DNA of 64,000 nucleotides from OCS155 cluster bacterium AG-349-E07 (GTDB lineage: Bacteria > Actinomycetota > Acidimicrobiia > Actinomarinales > Actinomarinaceae). This document shows, piece by piece, positions 45,200 through 54,304 of the stretch (its first letter is position 1; every line of letters starts with the position of its first letter). Below the pieces are notes generated by a model, which saw only the letters and a list, made by a program, of their open reading frames with translations, searched no databases and was not told the DNA's origin. Where the stretch lies: positions 11,028 through 75,027 of the forward strand of contig QCCZ01000002.1 of NCBI GenBank assembly GCA_003281085.1, written 5' to 3'. Made by a program: the position numbers and the translations under genes.

Positions 45200-46183
45200 A
45201 TGATAAAAAATTTATCTCCTTCAAGAGCATCTCAATTTAAAACCTGTCCCAAGCAATTTAAATTCGCAAATGTTGATAAATTAAAAGAACCCACAAATGA
45301 AGTTCAAGCAAAAGGAACTACTGTACATCAAGCACTAGAAGATTTGTTTGATTTGCCAAAAGAAGAGAGAAGTATTGAAAAACTACATAATTTATTTCGA
45401 GATGCTTGGACAAAAGTTAGAGGGAATGATGAACATCATAATTTATTTTCGAATGTAGAAGAAGAAAGAGAATGGGGTGTTGATGGTCTTAAATTGCTTA
45501 ATAATTATATGGAAATAGAAGACCCTACAAGTTTTGAACCTTTAGAGCGCGAGCGTTGGGTTAGAGGCTCAATCAATGACTTAAATTTAAGAGGTATCTT
45601 AGACAGGATGGACAGAAATCAAAATGGTGATTTAATCATTGTGGACTACAAGAGTGGAAAAGCTCCAATGGCTAAATATAAAGAACCTAGATTTTTTGCT
45701 TTAAAATTATATGCGCTTCTGATCAAAGAAGAGCTCGGTGAGATGCCAGTTGAGCTAAAGTTAATTTACCTGAAAAATTCAACTATTCACACATTGAAAA
45801 TAACCGAAGAAGATTTATCAAATGCAAAAAATGAAATTTTAGAAATTTGGGCAAATATAAAAAAAGCATATGAAGAGAATGAGTTTCCTGCAATAAAAAA
45901 TACATTGTGTGACTGGTGTTACTACAAACCAATCTGTCCAGAATTTAATGAAAATGCTCCAAATACCGAAAATCTCAGAATTATAAACGAATCAATAACT
46001 GAATTAGAGGAAGAAATTGAAGTTTTAGATATGTTTAAAGATGATGATAAAATTCCAGTAGATAGTCCGATTGGTAACTCTAACAGAAAAGATATTGAAT
46101 CAAAAATTTCTGAATTAGAAAATCAAAAAAACGAAATTCAAACTGAAATCGAAAAGCTTTTAAGGGAACAGTCCTCTAGTTAA
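45200..46183 (+). CDS. PD-(D/E)XK nuclease, RecB/AddB/Cas4-like with 4-Cys cluster and acidic coiled-coil tail
   Basis: 327 aa with SPSRASQFKTCPKQF (first Cys), GILDRMDRNQNGDLIIVDYKSGK (nuclease core) and CDWCYYKPICP (C-x2-C-x5-C). The C-terminal ~70 aa is a Glu/Ile/Asn-rich coil. Confidence 0.7.
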   Translation: MIKNLSPSRASQFKTCPKQFKFANVDKLKEPTNEVQAKGTTVHQALEDLFDLPKEERSIEKLHNLFRDAWTKVRGNDEHHNLFSNVEEEREWGVDGLKLLNNYMEIEDPTSFEPLERERWVRGSINDLNLRGILDRMDRNQNGDLIIVDYKSGKAPMAKYKEPRFFALKLYALLIKEELGEMPVELKLIYLKNSTIHTLKITEEDLSNAKNEILEIWANIKKAYEENEFPAIKNTLCDWCYYKPICPEFNENAPNTENLRIINESITELEEEIEVLDMFKDDDKIPVDSPIGNSNRKDIESKISELENQKNEIQTEIEKLLREQSSS

Positions 46184-47425
46184 TTTTGCAGCAGCTACTC
46201 TTTTAATTCCTTTTATCAATGCAGCTGTACGCAAATCACAGTTTTGTTTTTGCGAAATAGTCCAAACTTCCTCAAATGAAGTAAGCATTACATCGATAAG
46301 CTTTTCATGTAATTCAGTTTCTTTCCATAAATAATTTTGAGTATTTTGTACCCATTCAAAATAACTAGCAGTAATTCCTCCTGCATTAGCTAATATATCT
46401 GGAATAATAATTACTCCATTTTCTCTTAAAATCTTGTCAGCATTTAAAGTTGTTGGCGAATTTGCACCTTCAATAAGCACATTTGTTTTAATTTTTTCTG
46501 CGTTACTAGAAGTAATTACACCTCCGACAGCTGCAGGTATTAGAACATCACATTCTATTTCTAGAATTTCACCTTCATAGTCTTCGCCACCTTCAAAGCC
46601 TTTTACAGAGGGGGTTTTTGCAATATGTTTAAAAAGTTCCGGAATATTTAATCCATCTTTATTAAATACTGCACCACCTAGATCGTTAACTGCAATTACT
46701 TTAGCTCCCCGTTCATAAGAATCTAAAGCAGCATATCTTCCGACATTGCCAAATCCTTGAATTACAACGCGTGAATCCCCATATTTTTTACCTAGTTTTT
46801 TCATTGCAGCTTCCCCTACAGCCACAGCTCCTCTTCCTGTTGATTCTCTTCTTGTTATAGAACCTCCCAGTGAAACTGGTTTTCCTGTGACTATTCCAGG
46901 TTGAGGAGAGCCAACAAAGTTACTATACGTATCCATAATCCATGCCATTGTTTGCTCATCTGTGCCGAGATCTGGAGCAGGTATGTCTTTATCGACCCCT
47001 ATAATCGGAAGTAATTCTGCTGTATACCTTCTAGTAACTCTTTGCTTTTCAGCTCTTGTTAAAGGATTAGGATCAATGGCTACTCCACCCTTAGCTCCAC
47101 CATATGGTAATCCAACAATTGCAGATTTCCAAGACATCAATATAGCCAAAGCTGTAACTTCACCTAGATTTACATCTGGAGCATATCTTATACCACCTTT
47201 AGTAGGTCCCATCGACAAAACATGCTGGACTCGATATCCTACAACTGTTTCTACTTCGTCATATTCATCCCTTCTAAAAGGAAAAGTGACAACTAAAGAC
47301 CTTTGGGGTAATTTAAGCCTTTCTCTTATATTGGAATCAAGATTTATTAAATTAGAGACTTCGTCATACTGTTTGATGACTTCTTTATACATATGTGAGT
47401 CAAAGAGATTATTTTCAACTATCAC
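46160..47425 (-). CDS. gdhA: Glutamate dehydrogenase
   Basis: 421 aa with GLPYGGAKGG and a Rossmann region (VVIQGFGNVG). GTG start at 47425, or an ATG 11 codons downstream. Confidence 0.9.
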   Translation of the reverse strand: MIVENNLFDSHMYKEVIKQYDEVSNLINLDSNIRERLKLPQRSLVVTFPFRRDEYDEVETVVGYRVQHVLSMGPTKGGIRYAPDVNLGEVTALAILMSWKSAIVGLPYGGAKGGVAIDPNPLTRAEKQRVTRRYTAELLPIIGVDKDIPAPDLGTDEQTMAWIMDTYSNFVGSPQPGIVTGKPVSLGGSITRRESTGRGAVAVGEAAMKKLGKKYGDSRVVIQGFGNVGRYAALDSYERGAKVIAVNDLGGAVFNKDGLNIPELFKHIAKTPSVKGFEGGEDYEGEILEIECDVLIPAAVGGVITSSNAEKIKTNVLIEGANSPTTLNADKILRENGVIIIPDILANAGGITASYFEWVQNTQNYLWKETELHEKLIDVMLTSFEEVWTISQKQNCDLRTAALIKGIKRVAAAKLTRGLFP

Positions 47426-47505
47426 AAGCTCATAATATATAGGTTTTGGCTAGAAAGATTGCTATTTTATTTTTTTTGTCTCACTGAATTTCTAAATTAT
47501 TAAAT

Positions 47506-47622
47506 ATGAAAGATAAAGAAATACTTAAATTACTTGAAACGTCCGGGATCAAAGCAAATTTTATTTGCATAGACCACAATGACAGATGCAATTGTCATAG
47601 AATATATGATGAAGCAGCATAA
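47506..47622 (+). CDS. Candidate 38-aa Cys/His-rich peptide (not in ORF track)
   Basis: My translation: MKDKEILKLLETSGIKANFICIDHNDRCNCHRIYDEAA. It ends 13 nt before the next start. No obvious SD of its own. Confidence 0.25.
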   Translation: MKDKEILKLLETSGIKANFICIDHNDRCNCHRIYDEAA

Positions 47623-47635
47623 ATTAGGAGAATAG

Positions 47636-48157
47636 ATGAAAGATTTGATCTGGGATATTGCCAAAAGTGGAGAGGAAGCTCTAGAAAACACAGAACTACA
47701 AACAATTGAAGAACCTAAAGAATTATTTGTAGCAAGAGGAGTTTCTATAGAAGCAAAAGACAGTACTTATAAAATCAATAAATTTGTAGATAATAAAATT
47801 GCACTCGATGTTCAGGAAAAAGGAGCGATAAAAATATCTGATACTGTCTTTAATTACTCTAAAAGTTACAAATCAAAAACTCTAGATTTAAAAAAATTAA
47901 TTGATTGGGCTACCAACAAGAAACTTTCAGATGATGATATTGAAAACTTAGTAGCGCTTTGTGGAAATACTTTTGTACCAAAATTAAGGGGCCTAGATGC
48001 AGTTGCAGAAAAAAAAGGAATGGATAAACAGCTAGCAAGAGATACTTTTATTGAAAAAATTTGGGATGAGGAACCTAAATTACAAGTCATTAAAACAAGC
48101 AACGATACCGCTCCAGTATGGGCGAAAGATTTGAAAGAAATGGAGAGAAGAAAATGA
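47636..48157 (+). CDS. Hypothetical protein (173 aa), partner of the SSAP gene
   Basis: Strong AGGAG (47626..47630) 5 nt upstream of the ATG. Its TGA overlaps the ATG of the next gene (ATGA). I recognise no family motif. Confidence 0.6.
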   Translation: MKDLIWDIAKSGEEALENTELQTIEEPKELFVARGVSIEAKDSTYKINKFVDNKIALDVQEKGAIKISDTVFNYSKSYKSKTLDLKKLIDWATNKKLSDDDIENLVALCGNTFVPKLRGLDAVAEKKGMDKQLARDTFIEKIWDEEPKLQVIKTSNDTAPVWAKDLKEMERRK

Positions 48158-48582
48158 AACAATTGTATGAACTATCAAGAAAATTTCCAAAAGATTGGAT
48201 AAAAAAAGCACCTAAGGGCAAGTTTGGAAATTACGTTCCACATCCTGTAATTACACAACGTCTATTAGAAGTTTGTGGACCTTTTAATTGGGAAGTTGTT
48301 GAATTGATCAGACAGGAAACTACAGGAGCAGTAGTAGGTTGCTTTGGAAAGTTGACCGTTGAAATTGATGGCAAATTAGTCACTGTAACATCTATCGGTG
48401 ACGTAGAGCACGATCAAAAAAATGATGGTAGTAATGCAAAGCATGCAGAGTCAGATTCTTTCAAAAGGTGTGCGATGAAACTCGGGCTTGGATTACATTT
48501 ATGGGCTGGAGAAGAATATTATCTTGATAAACAACTTGATAAAAAAGAAATAGGAAAAAAAACTAAGCTTCAATCTGCTTGA
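48154..48582 (+). CDS. Rad52/Sak-like single-strand annealing protein (SSAP)
   Basis: 142 aa from ATG 48154 (GGAG 8 nt upstream). FGNYVPHPVITQRLLEVCGPFNWEVVEL...GKLTVEIDGKLVTVTSIGD...NAKHAESDSFKRCAMKLGLGLHLWAGEEYYL matches the Rad52-superfamily annealase pattern. Confidence 0.65.
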   Translation: MKQLYELSRKFPKDWIKKAPKGKFGNYVPHPVITQRLLEVCGPFNWEVVELIRQETTGAVVGCFGKLTVEIDGKLVTVTSIGDVEHDQKNDGSNAKHAESDSFKRCAMKLGLGLHLWAGEEYYLDKQLDKKEIGKKTKLQSA

Positions 48583-49034
48583 TCAATTAACTCACCATTT
48601 CTAGCAGTCAATACAAAGGTTGCAGGACCATCGTTGATTAAACCTACATCCATCATGGCGCCGAAGCTTCCAGTCTTTACAGTTACATGTTCAGAAAATT
48701 CCTGAACAATTTTTGAAATCATCTCTTCAGCGATTTCTGGAGATTTTGCTTTAACAAACGAAGGCCTGTTCCCTTTTAGAAATTTTCCAGCTAACGTGAA
48801 CTGACTAACAATTAAAATCTCTCCTGATATGTCTACAATTGATTTATTCATTTTTAAATTTTCATCAGAAAAAACTCTAAAGTTTAAAATTTTATTTATC
48901 AGAATATGACTTTCAACTTCAGAATCAGCTTCTTCAATCCCCCATAAAAGTAAATAGCCGTGATTAATTTCTGAAATAATACTTGAGTCAACTTTTACGT
49001 AAGCACTTTTAACTCTCTGCAAAACAACTTTCAT
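48570..49034 (-). CDS. dtd: D-aminoacyl-tRNA deacylase
   Basis: 154 aa with MKVVLQRV, VSQFTL and NDGPATF. Confidence 0.9.
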   Translation of the reverse strand: MKVVLQRVKSAYVKVDSSIISEINHGYLLLWGIEEADSEVESHILINKILNFRVFSDENLKMNKSIVDISGEILIVSQFTLAGKFLKGNRPSFVKAKSPEIAEEMISKIVQEFSEHVTVKTGSFGAMMDVGLINDGPATFVLTARNGELIDQAD

Positions 49035-49051
49035 AAACTATAATTTAACAG

Positions 49052-49462
49052 ATGGGATTAGACAATAAAACAATTCAAATGGCATCTGGCCCAAATTATG
49101 CAGCGTTGACAACTTTATTTAAAGATGGCGTTCCACAAACACATGTGATGTGGGTTGATACAGATGGTGAAAATATTTTAATCAATACAGAGATACATAG
49201 ATTCAAATACAAAAATATTTTAAAAGATCCCAGAGTCACGGTTACGATTTGGAAGCACGACAATCCATTTAAATTTGTTGAAATAAGAGGTGAAGTTATC
49301 GCTGAAATCACTGGTCAAGAAGCAAGAGACAATATTGATAAATTATCTGAAAAATATTGGGAGAAACCTTATCCATTCCCAATACAAAGCGAAAGAATTG
49401 TACTTGTTATAAAATCAAACAAGGAAGTGATGTTTAATCTTAAAGACGAAGATTTTGAATAA
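49052..49462 (+). CDS. PPOX-class (pyridoxamine 5'-phosphate oxidase fold) probable F420-dependent enzyme
   Basis: 136 aa with the pattern NYAALTTLFKDGVPQTHVMWVDTDGENILINT...VEIRGEV typical of the small split-barrel flavin/deazaflavin family. Confidence 0.65.
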   Translation: MGLDNKTIQMASGPNYAALTTLFKDGVPQTHVMWVDTDGENILINTEIHRFKYKNILKDPRVTVTIWKHDNPFKFVEIRGEVIAEITGQEARDNIDKLSEKYWEKPYPFPIQSERIVLVIKSNKEVMFNLKDEDFE

Positions 49463-49463
49463 A

Positions 49464-50324
49464 TTAGTCTTTTTTGTATTCATAAAAGCCTTTACCGGTT
49501 TTTACTCCTAAATCACCATTCATAACTTTTTCTTCTAAAAACTTTTTTGGTTCATCTTTAGGATCACCAGATTCTTCAAATTTTTTCAATTTAGCATAGT
49601 AATGTATATCTAATCCTGAATAATCTGAAAGTTCAAATGGGCCCAAAGGATGATTTAATCCTTTTTTGATAGCAAGATCTATATCTTTAAAATCAGCAAT
49701 TCCCTCATCATAAAGTTCATAAGCTTCATCTACCAAGGCAGCCAACATCCTGTTTACAATAAATCCTGGGGTTTCCTTTTTGAGAACTACCACTGATCTA
49801 CCCATTTTTTCACTTACAGTTTTAGTGCGTTCTAACACTCCTTTTGATACATTAGCTGGATATGAAATCTCAATTAAATCCATTCGTATTGGTGGATAGA
49901 AAAAGTGCATGTTTATAAACCTTTCAGGATGTTCACAATGTTTTGAGATTTCAGAAGCTTGAATGAAAGAACTATTAGTTGCCATTACAACCTCATCATT
50001 CATCAATTTAGAAATTTTATTAAATATTTCAAGCTTTACATCAAACTTTTCAACTACAGCTTCTATTACAAATGATTTACCTACAATTACATCTTCAAGT
50101 GAATAATCGAGTTCTAAATTTTCTTTGTAGTAATCTAATTTATCTTCAGAATATATTTTTTTGTCTATTAAATTTTTAATGTTTTCTTCAACAAATTTAT
50201 ATCTATATTCCAAATTTTCTTTATTTTCATCATAAATATTTGTTTTATAACCAGCCATTGCAGCCAAAGCTGCTATTTGACTTCCCATTTGGCCGCCACC
50301 AATTACTGCAATTTTTTCGTTCAC
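49464..50324 (-). CDS. 3-Hydroxyacyl-CoA (3-hydroxybutyryl-CoA) dehydrogenase
   Basis: 286 aa with KIAVIGGGQMGSQIA and a C-terminal HCDH domain (GFIVNR, LGPFE). Confidence 0.85.
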   Translation of the reverse strand: MNEKIAVIGGGQMGSQIAALAAMAGYKTNIYDENKENLEYRYKFVEENIKNLIDKKIYSEDKLDYYKENLELDYSLEDVIVGKSFVIEAVVEKFDVKLEIFNKISKLMNDEVVMATNSSFIQASEISKHCEHPERFINMHFFYPPIRMDLIEISYPANVSKGVLERTKTVSEKMGRSVVVLKKETPGFIVNRMLAALVDEAYELYDEGIADFKDIDLAIKKGLNHPLGPFELSDYSGLDIHYYAKLKKFEESGDPKDEPKKFLEEKVMNGDLGVKTGKGFYEYKKD

Positions 50325-51526
50325 GAGTGTTTGTTTATTTCACGTCTTGCAATAGATCTTAAATGTACTTCGTCTGGTCCGTCAGCAATCCTTAACGTTC
50401 TAACACCAGCTGACATTTTTGCTAAGGGGGTATCTTGCGAAACTCCCATAGCTCCATGTGCTTGAATGGCTTTATCAATTACATACGAAGCAGCTTCGAT
50501 AACTCCAACTTTTATTGCAGATATTTCAATTTTGGCTTGCTCTTTACCCACATTGTCAATCAACCATGCCGTTTTTAAAGTAAGCAATCTAGCCTCTTCA
50601 ATTTTAATTCTTGACCTAGCAATCCAATCCTGCACAACACCATGATCGGAGATTTTTGTACCGAATGTTTCTCTAGACAAAGCTCTTTTTATCATTAATT
50701 CAAGTGCTCTCTCTGCCATTCCTATTGTTCTCATGCAGTGATGGATTCTTCCTGGACCTAATCTAGCTTGGGCAATTTGAAAGCCCATACCTTCCCCACC
50801 GATAATATTTGATTTTGGTACAACAACATTTTCAAAATTTAATTCTGGATGTCCAGTGTACCCATCATCATAGCCATAAACATGCATCGGTCTAACTATA
50901 GTTATCCCTTCTGTATCCATAGGGACAAGCACTTGACTTTGTCTTGTGTGTGGAGGATTATCTGGATTTGTTATTCCCATAAAAATACATATCTTGGCGC
51001 GTGGATTGATTGCATTTGAAGTCCACCATTTTCTTCCATTGATAATATAATTATCTCCATCTGAAACTATTGAACTTGAAATATTCGTTGCATCAGATGA
51101 GGCAACATCCGGTTCGGTCATAGCGAAACAAGAACGAATATCTCCATTAAGTAACGGACTTAACCATTGGTCTTTTTGTTCTTGAGTTCCAAATTCTGCA
51201 AGTATTTCCATATTTCCAGTATCTGGTGCAGAACAGTTAAATACCTCAGGAGCCCACCAGACCTGACCAGTTATTTCTGCTAAAGGTGCATAGTCAACAT
51301 TTGTTAGTCCTGCACCGTATTCACTGTCGGGTAAAAATAAGTTCCATAAATCTTCTTTTCTTGCTTTATCTTTTAACTCATCAAGTAATGCAGGAATGTG
51401 CAAAGGATCTCCTGAATCTAATATTGATTTTTCGTAAGCTTCTTCGTTGGGAAAAATATGTTCTTCAAAAAATTTATTCATTTTTTCTTGAAGTTCTAAT
51501 GACTTTTGAGAAAATTTAAAATCCAT
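50321..51526 (-). CDS. Acyl-CoA dehydrogenase, ACAD10/ACAD11 (FadE2)-like subtype
   Basis: 401 aa with RKWWTSNA and QARLGPGRIHHCMRTIG, characteristic of the ACAD10/11-type branch as I recall it. Confidence 0.8.
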   Translation of the reverse strand: MDFKFSQKSLELQEKMNKFFEEHIFPNEEAYEKSILDSGDPLHIPALLDELKDKARKEDLWNLFLPDSEYGAGLTNVDYAPLAEITGQVWWAPEVFNCSAPDTGNMEILAEFGTQEQKDQWLSPLLNGDIRSCFAMTEPDVASSDATNISSSIVSDGDNYIINGRKWWTSNAINPRAKICIFMGITNPDNPPHTRQSQVLVPMDTEGITIVRPMHVYGYDDGYTGHPELNFENVVVPKSNIIGGEGMGFQIAQARLGPGRIHHCMRTIGMAERALELMIKRALSRETFGTKISDHGVVQDWIARSRIKIEEARLLTLKTAWLIDNVGKEQAKIEISAIKVGVIEAASYVIDKAIQAHGAMGVSQDTPLAKMSAGVRTLRIADGPDEVHLRSIARREINKHS

Positions 51527-51584
51527 TGCTTTATTCTATCAATTAACTTGAGACCAAGAGAATTAAATCATAAGATATTTGTTA

Positions 51585-52601
51585 ATGGAATTTTTTAATG
51601 AAAAAATAAGAAACTACATAGCTTCCAATCTTGATTTGGATAACCAATTTAAATTTGAAAAATTTAAAGTTGGTAGATCAAACATTACTTTTAAAATTTT
51701 TGACGATAGAAATAGTTATGTTCTAAGAAGACCTCCATTTGGTGATAAATTAGAGTCTGCGCATAACATGCAACGTGAATACAGAATTATTAATGAACTG
51801 AGTAAAAATAATATAAAAGTTCCGAAACCAATTCTTTTATATACCGATAGAACACTTTCTGATGATGATTTTTACATTATGGAATATATTGAAGGTGCAA
51901 CTATTGCAGATAATGTAATAGCTGAAAATTATTCGAAAAATGATAAAAAGGAAATTACGAATTCATTTATTACAACACTTGCTGAATTGCATAATTTCGA
52001 TGTAAAAAATTCTAAATTAAATGATTTAGGAAAACATGAAGACTATGTCTTAAGGCAGTTAAACAGATGGACAAAACAATTTAATGCACAGAAAGTAAGA
52101 GATATTGCCGATTTAGATATTGCTACGAAATTATTATTCGATACTATCCCCACACAACAAAAAGTAAGTATTGTTCATGGAGATTACAGATTAGATAATG
52201 TAAGGGTAAATAATAACTTGGTTGCAGCAATTGTTGATTGGGAACTCTGTACATTAGGAGACCCACTAGCTGATCTAGGAACTGTGATTGCTTCTTGGTC
52301 AAATAAGAATGAAACTGATACTCCATTTATATATTCACCCTCTTTAAGTGATGGATTCCCAAACAGGCAAGAAATAATTAATCTATATGAATCTAAATCA
52401 GACCTCGATTTAAACAATATTGAATTCTATGTAAGACTATCTTTTTGGAAACATGCAATGATAATGGAAGGAGTCTACGTTAGGTATTCTCTTGGTTATT
52501 ATGGTAATGTTGATAAGAAAGATGTAGAGGCATTTGGTAAAAGCACATTAAGTTTTGCAAAAAAAGCATCTAATAAGAATCTACTTAAGGAGATATTTTG
52601 A
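51585..52601 (+). CDS. APH-fold phosphotransferase (ACAD10/11 kinase-domain-like)
   Basis: HGDYRLDN catalytic loop and IVDWELCTLGDP metal-binding region. The ATG at 51585 is preferred over TTG 51579. It is divergent from the ACAD gene. Confidence 0.75.
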   Translation: MEFFNEKIRNYIASNLDLDNQFKFEKFKVGRSNITFKIFDDRNSYVLRRPPFGDKLESAHNMQREYRIINELSKNNIKVPKPILLYTDRTLSDDDFYIMEYIEGATIADNVIAENYSKNDKKEITNSFITTLAELHNFDVKNSKLNDLGKHEDYVLRQLNRWTKQFNAQKVRDIADLDIATKLLFDTIPTQQKVSIVHGDYRLDNVRVNNNLVAAIVDWELCTLGDPLADLGTVIASWSNKNETDTPFIYSPSLSDGFPNRQEIINLYESKSDLDLNNIEFYVRLSFWKHAMIMEGVYVRYSLGYYGNVDKKDVEAFGKSTLSFAKKASNKNLLKEIF

Positions 52602-53059
52602 AAGTTATTCCAGCAAATGAGCTAGAAAATCATATTGGTGAAGAGGTAGGTGTTTCTGATTGGTTCGAGGTAACTCAAGAAAGAATTAATCAATTTGCTG
52701 AAGCAACAAATGACCACCAATTTATTCATGTAGATCCTGAAATGGCAAAGGCAACGCCGTGGGGTTCCACAATTGCACATGGTTTTTTAACTTTAAGCTT
52801 GCTTACCTATCTTCAAGCTGATATTGGATATATGCCAGAAGGGCTTCAGATGGCTATAAATTACGGTGCAGACAAAGTCAGATTTATGGAAGCTGTTCCT
52901 GTAAATAGTAAAATCAGAGGTCGTTTTGTTCTTGCAGAAGTTAATTATAAAAAAAATGGAAGATGGCTTACGAAAACAACTTGTACAATCGAAATTGAGG
53001 GTAAAGAAAAACCTGCAGCGATTGTCGAAGCATTAACTTTATACGTTGTAAGTGAATAA
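52598..53059 (+). CDS. MaoC-like (R)-specific enoyl-CoA hydratase
   Basis: 153 aa with HVDPEMAKATPWGSTIAHG. TTG start 5 nt after AAGGAG, overlapping the upstream TGA. Confidence 0.8.
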   Translation: MKVIPANELENHIGEEVGVSDWFEVTQERINQFAEATNDHQFIHVDPEMAKATPWGSTIAHGFLTLSLLTYLQADIGYMPEGLQMAINYGADKVRFMEAVPVNSKIRGRFVLAEVNYKKNGRWLTKTTCTIEIEGKEKPAAIVEALTLYVVSE

Positions 53060-53074
53060 TAAAAGGAGATATTT

Positions 53075-54253
53075 ATGAGAGAATCAGTAATAGTATCTGC
53101 AGCTAGAACACCTATAGGTAAGGCTTACAGAGGGGCTTTTAATAACACAGCTGCCCCAACCCTAGCCTCTTACTCTATAAAAGAAGCTGTCGACAGAGCT
53201 GGAATAGATCCAAAAGAAGTTGAAGATGTTGTTTTAGGATGTGCACAGCAACAAGGTTCACAGGCTATAAATATAGGAAGATTAGCTGGTATTGCAGCAG
53301 GGCTTCCTGATAATGTTCCAGGCATGACAATAGACAGGCAATGTTCATCGGGAATGATGGCAATTGCGACTGCATCAAAACAGGTTGTTACAGACAATAT
53401 GGACGTTGTTGTTGCTGGAGGAGTTGAATCTATTTCACTCGTACAAACTGCAGATTTTAGGGTAGATATTGATCCTAATGTTACTGAGCATGCAAAACAT
53501 GCATACATGCCAATGATTGAGACTGCTGATCACGTTGCTGAAAAATATAATGTAACAAGAGAAAGTCAAGACGAGTACTCTCTTCAAAGTCAGCAAAGGA
53601 CAGCAGCTGCACAAGAAGCAGATCTTTACAAAGACGAAATCATTTCAACCACGACTACTAAGTTAGTTAAAGACAAAGAATCCGGGGAAATTTCTGAACA
53701 AGAAGTCACTTTAGAAAAAGACGAAGGTAACAGACCAGAAACAAATATAGAAGGTCTATCATCTTTAGTCCCAGTGTATGGAGAGGGTAAGTTCATAACT
53801 GCTGGAAATGCATCTCAGTTATCTGATGGATCCGCATCCGTAGTGGTTATGGAATCAAAGGTTGCAGAAAACAAAGGCCTAACACCACTTGGCTATTACC
53901 GAGGAATGGCTGTTGCAGGTTTAGCTCCAGAAGAAATGGGAATTGGGCCAATTTATGCTGTTCCTAAATTGCTTGACAAATATAACTTAAGTATTGATGA
54001 CATTGGCTTATGGGAGCTTAATGAAGCATTCGCAGTGCAAGCTTTATATTGTAGAGATTATCTAGGTATTGATAATGAAATTTACAATGTTAATGGTGGC
54101 TCAATATCTATAGGACATCCATACGGAATGACTGGTGCAAGAATGACAATGCATGCTCTTATGGAAGGTAAACGAAGAGGTGCAAAGTATGTTGTTGTCA
54201 CAATGTGTGTTGGTGGTGGAATGGGTGCTGCTGGATTATTTGAGGTCATATAA
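53075..54253 (+). CDS. Acetyl-CoA acetyltransferase / 3-ketoacyl-CoA thiolase
   Basis: 392 aa with DRQCSSGM (active Cys), [17 protein letters not shown] and MCVGGGMG. Confidence 0.9.
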   Translation: MRESVIVSAARTPIGKAYRGAFNNTAAPTLASYSIKEAVDRAGIDPKEVEDVVLGCAQQQGSQAINIGRLAGIAAGLPDNVPGMTIDRQCSSGMMAIATASKQVVTDNMDVVVAGGVESISLVQTADFRVDIDPNVTEHAKHAYMPMIETADHVAEKYNVTRESQDEYSLQSQQRTAAAQEADLYKDEIISTTTTKLVKDKESGEISEQEVTLEKDEGNRPETNIEGLSSLVPVYGEGKFITAGNASQLSDGSASVVVMESKVAENKGLTPLGYYRGMAVAGLAPEEMGIGPIYAVPKLLDKYNLSIDDIGLWELNEAFAVQALYCRDYLGIDNEIYNVNGGSISIGHPYGMTGARMTMHALMEGKRRGAKYVVVTMCVGGGMGAAGLFEVI

Positions 54254-54304
54254 ATTAACAAGTATTTAAAAGACTTGACATAAATTCTAAAAGTATAATT
54301 GAAT

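Noticed and set aside
48118-48153. 5' extensions proposed by the ORF track for the SSAP gene (48118), rpmB (36129), rpsP (20894) and the DDN-like gene (37779).
   Set aside because: In each case an internal ATG has a better-placed SD or a start/stop overlap, and it begins at the conserved N-terminus of the family (MPVKIRL for S16, MANRCQVTG for L28).
47426-48582. The SSAP cassette as a prophage or integrated island.
   Set aside because: I see no integrase, no tRNA or att-like direct repeats, and no capsid, tail or lysis genes. The 3' end overlaps dtd, so there is no room for an attachment site. I therefore treat it as a resident chromosomal cassette, not a mobile element.
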